Assembly: GCA_024231025.1 (NCBI GenBank)
Contig: JAAEQW010000312.1
Span: forward strand, 3,238-67,237
DNA from: Candidatus Omnitrophota bacterium
Lineage (GTDB): Bacteria > Omnitrophota > Gorgyraeia > Duberdicusellales > 4484-171
Direction of reading: 5' to 3'
DNA: 64,000 nucleotides
This document shows, one piece after another, positions 57,533-64,000 of this stretch. How positions within the stretch are numbered: the first letter of the stretch is position 1; each line of letters opens with the position of its first letter. The notes beneath the pieces were generated by a model. It was given only the letters and a program-made list of their open reading frames with translations, had not been told where the DNA came from and searched no databases. The position numbers and the translations under genes were made by a program.

Positions 57533-58407
57533 AGCAGTTTATATCTCTTTAGTATTTTCTTAAAACTAGCAAGATTATTCGCGCTCATCTTATAAAGCGG
57601 CAAGCGCATGTTAAGCTCGATTAATCCCATTAGTGACATCGCGGTTTTAACCGGAATTGGATTAGTCTCCATAAACAAAGCCTTGATTAAGTCATACAAA
57701 TGCAATTGCATTTTTTTAGCTTTTTCGACATCTCCATTTAAATAAGCATGAATCATTGATGCGTTTTCCTTAGGCACAATATTTGCGGAAACCGAAATCA
57801 CACCACGACAACCAATTGACATTAAAGGGATCGTTACTTCATCACAACCAGAAATAAGCAAGAACTTGCTATCTACTCGGCTCATAAGTTTAGTGGCTTG
57901 ATCAAGCGATCCGCTTGCCTCTTTTATACCAATTATGTTTTTACATGATTTATATGCACGCGCAACAGTTTCCGGTAAAATGTTGCTTCCCGTTCTTGAT
58001 GGAACATTGTAAATAATAATTGGAATTGAAACCCGCGATGCAATCTTTTTAAAATGCTGGTAAAGCCCTTCTTGAGTGGGCTTATTGTAGTAAGGCGTAA
58101 TCACCAATGCTGCATCGGCTTTTACCTTTTTTGCATGCAAAGTTAAATCCAGCGCCTCTTTTGTTGAATTAGAGCCCGCTCCGGCAATAATCGGCACTCT
58201 CCCTCTTGCCTCCTCTACTGCAATCTGAACAAGATACTTATGCTCTGAATGAGAAAGCGTCGCGCTCTCGCCGGTTGTTCCGCAAACCAATATTGCATCA
58301 GTTTTATTTTTAATCTGCCAATTAATCAAAAAACGTACCTTCTCTTCGTTAATGTCTCCATTTTTTTTCATCGGCGTAACTAGCGCAACCATACTTCCTT
58401 TTAGCAT
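57529..58407 (-). CDS. dapA: 4-hydroxy-tetrahydrodipicolinate synthase
   Basis: 292 aa DapA signature (GTTGESATLS, active-site Lys region), 4-nt overlap with upstream dehydratase gene. Confidence 0.92.
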   Translation of the reverse strand: MLKGSMVALVTPMKKNGDINEEKVRFLINWQIKNKTDAILVCGTTGESATLSHSEHKYLVQIAVEEARGRVPIIAGAGSNSTKEALDLTLHAKKVKADAALVITPYYNKPTQEGLYQHFKKIASRVSIPIIIYNVPSRTGSNILPETVARAYKSCKNIIGIKEASGSLDQATKLMSRVDSKFLLISGCDEVTIPLMSIGCRGVISVSANIVPKENASMIHAYLNGDVEKAKKMQLHLYDLIKALFMETNPIPVKTAMSLMGLIELNMRLPLYKMSANNLASFKKILKRYKLL

Positions 58408-59207
58408 AAGATCTCTCCTTTGTATATTTGTGATGCCTTACCACCTAACCAAACACTATTTTGCTGTTTATCAAAATACACGGTAATTGTTTCACCGCTT
58501 TTATTTTTAACCCTAACTTTGAATTTAGCATCTTTGCTTGTGAAAAAACGACTTGAAATAATTGCCGAAGCAACCATCCCCGTACCACAGGCAAGAGTTT
58601 CCGCTTCGACTCCGCGTTCATAAGTGCGCAACTCGATTGAATTTGGCCCGGTAAGTTCCACAAAATTCACGTTCACTCCGGCTGGAGCAAATTTCTTATG
58701 AAAGCGAATCTCACGCCCAATCGCGTTAACATCTATACTGGCAAGGGCCTGCACTAAAACAACAGCGTGAGGAACACCAGTGTTGATAAAATTAACCTTT
58801 AGGCCACGGGAATACACCTTTAAAGGTATGTTATGCTTTTCACCAAATGGATTTGGCAATTTTACTTTAACACCGCGATCCACCTTTTCCGACTCAACAA
58901 TACCGGCAATAGTGTCGAAGTGAATAATTTTTTTGTCGGTTATGTTTTTTCGTGCCCATAACACAACACATCGGGCACCATTGCCGCACATTTCAGCTTC
59001 ACTACCGTCGGAATTAAAAATTCGCATCTTAAATAAAGCTTTCATTGAAGATTCGATCACCAATAGTCCATCGGCCCCAACCCCAAGATGGCGCTGGCAA
59101 TATTTCTTAGCAAATTGTTTATAATTTATTCCTTTGCTTTTTCTTGCATCGAGAAGAATAAAATCATTGCCTGACGCCTGAACTTTGCAAAACGCTACTT
59201 TTTTCAT
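58401..59207 (-). CDS. dapF: diaminopimelate epimerase
   Basis: 268 aa, catalytic Cys motifs (MCGNGARC, LACGTG). Confidence 0.9.
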   Translation of the reverse strand: MKKVAFCKVQASGNDFILLDARKSKGINYKQFAKKYCQRHLGVGADGLLVIESSMKALFKMRIFNSDGSEAEMCGNGARCVVLWARKNITDKKIIHFDTIAGIVESEKVDRGVKVKLPNPFGEKHNIPLKVYSRGLKVNFINTGVPHAVVLVQALASIDVNAIGREIRFHKKFAPAGVNVNFVELTGPNSIELRTYERGVEAETLACGTGMVASAIISSRFFTSKDAKFKVRVKNKSGETITVYFDKQQNSVWLGGKASQIYKGEILC

Positions 59208-60445
59208 ATGATTTCCTTTTGAATTAAATCTTTATAGCTCTCTCTTTTTCTGATAATCCTTGCCTCTTTGCCGTTGACTAGAACCTCTGCGGCTCTTGGG
59301 CGAGAATTATAATTTGAACTCATCGCAAAGCCATACGCCCCGGCTCCCAAAACTGCTATATAATCATTTTCACCAACGTCTAACGCGCGCGCCTTACCAA
59401 GGAAATCACCACTTTCGCAAACCGGGCCAACTATATCAGACAACTTACTGCTTTTATATTTGACTTTTTTCACCGGTAGAATTGTATGATATGCTTCATA
59501 TAACGACGGCCTAAGCAAGTCATTCATTGCTGCATCGACAATTACAAATCGCTTAAATGGAGTTTCTTTTATATAAGTAGTTTTGGCAATCAATGCACCG
59601 GCATTACCAACTATAAAACGTCCCGGCTCTAAAACAATTTTGAGCCCACTTTTTTTAAGCAATGGAATAACTTTTTTAGCAAAATCACTCGCGGTTTGAG
59701 GCGTTTCTTTGTTGTAAATTATTCCAAGCCCTCCACCAATATTTAAATGCTCTAAGATTATCCCTTTGCCACGCAACACATCAATAAGCTTGTTTACTCG
59801 TTTAATTGCGGCAATAAACGGTGACGATTTAGTAATTTGCGAACCAATATGAATGTGAATGCCAACAATTTTTAAATTGGGATATTTAGCGCCATTTAAG
59901 AAAATGTTGCGCACCGTTGCGATGTCCATGCCGAATTTTGTATCTTTTTTACCCGTTGTGATGTAATCGTGGGTCATAGCTTCAACATCAGGGTTAACCC
60001 GAAGGGCAACTTTAACATTTTTATGCATCGATGCGGCTATCGCGTTTATTCGAGCGAGCTCAGGAGAAGATTCAACATTAAACATAAGTATTCCGTAATT
60101 GATTGCCTCTTTTATCTCCTTAGTGGTTTTACCAACCGAAGCATAAACAATTTTCTTACCCGAGCAAACAACCTTTTGCGCACGATACAGCTCTCCACCG
60201 GAAACAATATCCAGCCCCGATCCATCCTTAACCAAAACTTTAAGGATCGCAAGGTTGGAATTCGCCTTAACGGAATAACAAATCAAGGGATTAAGCGCAG
60301 TAAAAGCTTTTTTTATTTTACGAAAATGATCCAACAGTGTGGCTTGGCTGTAAACATAAAGAGGCGTGGCAAATTTATTTGCCAAATCAGAAACCAACAT
60401 TTCTTCACAGTACAAATCGTTTTTTTTGTAGTTAAAATAATGCAT
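59204..60445 (-). CDS. lysA: diaminopimelate decarboxylase
   Basis: 413 aa fold-III PLP decarboxylase (YSVKANSNLAIL, GGGLGI). Confidence 0.9.
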   Translation of the reverse strand: MHYFNYKKNDLYCEEMLVSDLANKFATPLYVYSQATLLDHFRKIKKAFTALNPLICYSVKANSNLAILKVLVKDGSGLDIVSGGELYRAQKVVCSGKKIVYASVGKTTKEIKEAINYGILMFNVESSPELARINAIAASMHKNVKVALRVNPDVEAMTHDYITTGKKDTKFGMDIATVRNIFLNGAKYPNLKIVGIHIHIGSQITKSSPFIAAIKRVNKLIDVLRGKGIILEHLNIGGGLGIIYNKETPQTASDFAKKVIPLLKKSGLKIVLEPGRFIVGNAGALIAKTTYIKETPFKRFVIVDAAMNDLLRPSLYEAYHTILPVKKVKYKSSKLSDIVGPVCESGDFLGKARALDVGENDYIAVLGAGAYGFAMSSNYNSRPRAAEVLVNGKEARIIRKRESYKDLIQKEII

Positions 60446-60446
60446 A

Positions 60447-61811
60447 TTAATGTAGTTTTAATTTTGGAATCTTACTTTTTGCGGTTTTCTTAGACAAAAC
60501 CGCATATTTTGGATTCATCACTTTGGTTAATATTTTTTTATTTAAATCCTTGTGGAAAGTTGAAAGAAGCTTATCAGAAATATTCTGAATTTTTACTTTT
60601 TTCTCTTCAGAGTGACGAATAAGCTTGCCTACAATATCATGGGCATCTTTAAAGGCAACACCTTTCTTCATCACAAGAAACTCGGCAATCTCGGTTGCAT
60701 AAAGATGCTCGTCTTTTAAGGCGTTATCAATGTTGTCTTTTTTGAGTTTAAGTTTTTTGATAAACTTTGCCATAATCGTAAGTTCATCTTTTACGGTTTC
60801 GACCGAAGCAAAAAGAGGCTCTTTATCAAGCTGCATATCGCGATTATAAGCAAGAGGCAACCCTTTCATTGTGGTTAACACCGAAAACAGACTACCGTAG
60901 ACCTTGCCGGTGCTGCCACGAACAAGCTCAAGAAAATCAGCATTCTTTTTGTGTGGCATCAGCGAAGATCCCGTACAAAACTCTTCCGGTAAATCAAGAT
61001 AATCAAATTCTCTTGTTGAATACATAATCATATCTTCAGACATACGTGATAAGTGCATTTGGATAATTGCCAATATACTTAAAAATTCAATCACAAAATC
61101 CCGGCTTGAGACGTGATCCATTGGGCTTGATAACTCTCCAAAATGTTTTCTAATTACACCGGATATTGATATTGCACGACGGTAGTAGTCGGGGCTCAAT
61201 GGACTCCCGGCAAGTGCGCCAGCACCAATATGAATCTTGAGTCCTTCTTCAAACTTAACTAACCGATCATAGTCACGCATCAGCATTTGCCCATAAGCCA
61301 AAATATAGTCGCTAAAATATACTACCTGGGCGCGCTGAGTGTGAGTATAACCAATAAAATATCGTTTTTCGTAATCCTGAGATTTTTTAAATATTTCTTC
61401 AAGCAAATTACTCAACAATTTAATTGTTTCAATATATTGAGTTAAAACGTACATCTTTTCATCAAAAACAACCTGATCATTGCGTGAACGCAAAGTGTGC
61501 AGCTTTAGGGCCGCTTTTCCGGCTTTTTCTTTCACTTTGTTTTGGATATCGCTATGAATATCTTCACATTCGGGGTCAAATTTAAACTTGCCCTTTTTTA
61601 TTTGAGAAAGAATCTCGCGTAACGCCCCAACAAGCGCATCCTCTTCGTCCTTACTTAAAATTTCTGCTGCGGCAAGCGCCCCAACATGAATTAAAGAGTG
61701 ATACACATCATATTCAGCAAGCTTATGATCGTAATTAATAGATTTTTGAAACTCAAAGAAATCTTTATCAATCTCTTTTTTAAAACGTCCACCCCACATT
61801 TTTTTATCCAT
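60447..61811 (-). CDS. argH: argininosuccinate lyase
   Basis: 454 aa fumarase/aspartase-family lyase signature (GSSLMPHKKNAD). Confidence 0.92.
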   Translation of the reverse strand: MDKKMWGGRFKKEIDKDFFEFQKSINYDHKLAEYDVYHSLIHVGALAAAEILSKDEEDALVGALREILSQIKKGKFKFDPECEDIHSDIQNKVKEKAGKAALKLHTLRSRNDQVVFDEKMYVLTQYIETIKLLSNLLEEIFKKSQDYEKRYFIGYTHTQRAQVVYFSDYILAYGQMLMRDYDRLVKFEEGLKIHIGAGALAGSPLSPDYYRRAISISGVIRKHFGELSSPMDHVSSRDFVIEFLSILAIIQMHLSRMSEDMIMYSTREFDYLDLPEEFCTGSSLMPHKKNADFLELVRGSTGKVYGSLFSVLTTMKGLPLAYNRDMQLDKEPLFASVETVKDELTIMAKFIKKLKLKKDNIDNALKDEHLYATEIAEFLVMKKGVAFKDAHDIVGKLIRHSEEKKVKIQNISDKLLSTFHKDLNKKILTKVMNPKYAVLSKKTAKSKIPKLKLH

Positions 61812-61814
61812 AAA

Positions 61815-62990
61815 TTATCTCCTTTGTGCGTATGGCATTGCGAATATATCAATGAACCCTTTAGCGTCATCACGATTAAACTCATCCTTAGCGCCATAAG
61901 TTGCTAGTTCTTTGCGATAGAGAGAGTTTTTAGAGCATCGTTTTGATATTAGAATATTTCCTTTATAAAGTTTCAAGGTTATTTTACCGGTCACTGGTTT
62001 TTGCGTACTATTAACAAAAGAATCAAGACTCATCTTTAATTTAGAAAACCATAGCCCCTGGTAAAGGAGTTGCGAATAGCGCAATGCGACAATCTCTTTA
62101 AAATAAATCACGTCCTTATCAAGCACTACAGATTCAAGCTCTTTGTGCGCTTTAATCAAAATCCAAGCCGCCGGAGCCTCATAAACTTCACGAGATTTTA
62201 TACCGACGGTGCGATCCTCAACCAAATCACTGCGACCAATGCAGTGCTTGCCTCCGATTTTATTTAATTTTTCAATCATCGAAAGAAAATCCATTTTCTT
62301 ATTATTAAGCGCAACCGGCACACCACTGGTAAATTCGATTGTTACGCTCTCTGCTTTGTTGGGTGCTTTAGCCAGGCTTTGAGTGAAAATATATGGATCT
62401 TCTTTGGGCTCGTTTTCTAAATCCTCTAAAATACCGGCCTCGATGCTAACACCCCAAATGTTCTTATCAATGCTGTAAATTTTTTCTTTAGTTGTTTTAA
62501 TCGGCAGCCGTTTATTTTTTGCATATTCTATTTCCGACTCACGTGAGGTTAACTCCCACTCACGCAGTGGTGCAATAATCTTTAATTTTGGATTAAGCAT
62601 TTTCACCGCAACATCGATTCGCACCTGATCATTGCCTTTGGCAGTACAGCCATGGGCAACGAAACTTGCTTTTTCTTTGCGAGCAACATCAACTAAGTGT
62701 TTGGCAATTAAAGGGCGTCCCAACGCAGTTGATAGAACATACTTGTCCTCATAAATTGCTCCTGCTTTTAATGCTGGCAGAATGTAGTCTTTGGCAAATT
62801 CTTTTTGCAAGTCTAAAACATAAATTTTTGATGCACCTGTTTTTTTTGCCCGCTTGTGTAAATCCTGTGGTGAAAATTCACTACCTAAATTCGCTGAAAA
62901 ACATACAACATCGTAACCGCGCTCCTTCAACCAAGGAATACAACACGTAGTGTCTAAGCCGCCGGAATAAGCCAATATAACTTTTTTCAT
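61815..62990 (-). CDS. argG: argininosuccinate synthase
   Basis: 391 aa, PP-loop AYSGGLDTT. Confidence 0.93.
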   Translation of the reverse strand: MKKVILAYSGGLDTTCCIPWLKERGYDVVCFSANLGSEFSPQDLHKRAKKTGASKIYVLDLQKEFAKDYILPALKAGAIYEDKYVLSTALGRPLIAKHLVDVARKEKASFVAHGCTAKGNDQVRIDVAVKMLNPKLKIIAPLREWELTSRESEIEYAKNKRLPIKTTKEKIYSIDKNIWGVSIEAGILEDLENEPKEDPYIFTQSLAKAPNKAESVTIEFTSGVPVALNNKKMDFLSMIEKLNKIGGKHCIGRSDLVEDRTVGIKSREVYEAPAAWILIKAHKELESVVLDKDVIYFKEIVALRYSQLLYQGLWFSKLKMSLDSFVNSTQKPVTGKITLKLYKGNILISKRCSKNSLYRKELATYGAKDEFNRDDAKGFIDIFAMPYAQRR

Positions 62991-63002
62991 TTTTATTCTC
63001 CT

Positions 63003-63932
63003 TTATTTATGACGGGTCTGACCCCGTAGAATAAGTGAAGCGAATATCGCTTTTGCAGCATATAGGCGATTTTCTGCCTGAGTAAACACAACCGATTGCT
63101 TTCCATCTAAAACACTGTCGGTGATCTCCTCGCCGCGATGAGCAGGAAGGCAATGCATCACAATGCAATTCTTTTTGGCTGTTTTAAGAAGATTGTCATT
63201 TACCTGAAAACCGCCAAAAGCTTTTTTGCGTTTGCTTCTTTGCGCCTCGTCACCCATTGAAACCCAAACATCTGTGTATAAAACATCTGCATCTTTTGCA
63301 GCTTGTTTTGGATTATTTACGATTGTAATATTACCTTTCATTTGAGAGTTAGATGCAATATCCTTAAACACTTTAGTCGAAGGCATATACCCCTTAGGAG
63401 ACGCAATATGCAAATCTCCTCCTAAAATTGCCAAAGCGTACATAAGTGAATGACAAACATTATTGCCATCGCCAATATAGGCAACTTTTATTTTTTTAAT
63501 ATTTTTTTTATACTCATTAATTGTTAGCACATCAGCTAAAACCTGCGACGGATGCAGAATGTCGCTTAGCCCATTTACTACCGGAACCGACGAATATTTT
63601 GCAAACTCAACAATATCGGAGTGATGAAACGTCCGCATTACAACTCCATCCAAATAACGCGACATCGTGCGTGATGCATCGCAAATACGTTCACGTTTGC
63701 CAAGGCGAACCTCATCAGGAGAGTAATAAATAACATTGGCCCCTAACTGCATCGCGCCAACGCAAAAGGCGGTTTTTGTGCGCAGAGAAGGTTTCTGAAA
63801 TAAAATCCCTACCGTCTTGCCTTTTAAAACCTTCGTATACTTGAGATGATTAATCTTCATGTCGTAAGAAAGCTTAACCATTGCGTTAATTTGTTTGGCT
63901 GTAAAATCTTTTAACTCTATAAAATGATTCAT
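63003..63932 (-). CDS. argF: ornithine carbamoyltransferase
   Basis: 309 aa, carbamoyl-phosphate-binding S.RT region, HCLPAHRGEE. Confidence 0.9.
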   Translation of the reverse strand: MNHFIELKDFTAKQINAMVKLSYDMKINHLKYTKVLKGKTVGILFQKPSLRTKTAFCVGAMQLGANVIYYSPDEVRLGKRERICDASRTMSRYLDGVVMRTFHHSDIVEFAKYSSVPVVNGLSDILHPSQVLADVLTINEYKKNIKKIKVAYIGDGNNVCHSLMYALAILGGDLHIASPKGYMPSTKVFKDIASNSQMKGNITIVNNPKQAAKDADVLYTDVWVSMGDEAQRSKRKKAFGGFQVNDNLLKTAKKNCIVMHCLPAHRGEEITDSVLDGKQSVVFTQAENRLYAAKAIFASLILRGQTRHK

Positions 63933-64000
63933 TTTTTTCCAACCTCTTTAAATATTTCCTCTAAAATTTTAAGGCCGCTGTCTATCTCGGATTTATTAAC
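63929..64000 (-). CDS. argD: C-terminal end of an upstream gene, probably acetylornithine aminotransferase (runs off window end)
   Basis: Minus-strand tail ...VNKSEIDSGLKILEEIFKEVGKK* ending in TGA that overlaps the argF ATG (ATGA). Position in an arg cluster. Confidence 0.4.
   Translation of the reverse strand, partial: VNKSEIDSGLKILEEIFKEVGKK

Overview
AT-rich bacterial chromosomal segment in which essentially every credible gene is on the minus strand. All calls below come from reading the ORF translations and the DNA by eye; no database search or RNA folding was run.

Gene content, left to right:
- rpoC (N-terminal part), rpoB, rplL, rplJ, rplA, rplK, nusG, secE, tRNA-Trp, rpmG, tRNA-Thr.
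- ligA, acyP, fmt, a PriA homolog with degenerate ATPase motifs, a GT28 glycosyltransferase, a GmhB-like phosphatase, a pseudouridine synthase and mtaB.
- An accessory stretch (16.7-25.2 kb): a GC-rich structured non-coding element, a small coupled ORF, two paralogous secreted TPR proteins, a ClpA-like AAA+ ATPase, a secreted ankyrin protein, an AbrB/MazE-like regulator with a TACGTA-rich operator/promoter, and a HEPN/MNT toxin-antitoxin pair.
- rsmE, a Memo-AMMECR1 fusion, tRNA-Ala, a PilX_N-like protein plus DUF2582 wHTH plus exbD/exbB operon, a substrate-binding protein plus MCP operon, a large TPR protein, uvrA, nadX, panC, folK.
- A phage-tail-fibre-like secreted protein with an S74-type chaperone domain, then dapL-like and dapB genes.
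- An ~13 kb sugar-modification cluster wedged between dapB and dapA: GT-C-like membrane protein, HddA-like GHMP kinase, B12-radical-SAM, GT2, two SDR epimerase/reductases, RmlC-like epimerase, TylF-like O-methyltransferase, split transketolase, E1 alpha/beta TPP enzymes and a Gmd-like 4,6-dehydratase.
- dapA, dapF, lysA, argH, argG, argF and the C-terminus of argD.

Two repeat families are visible. The HEPN/MNT cassette is bracketed by direct copies of the 5' end of mtaB. A GC-hairpin intergenic repeat occurs three times, two copies forming a near-perfect inverted pair around dapL-dapB.

The most novel-looking candidate is the sugar cluster, which combines two TPP-dependent C2-transfer modules with a cobalamin radical-SAM enzyme.
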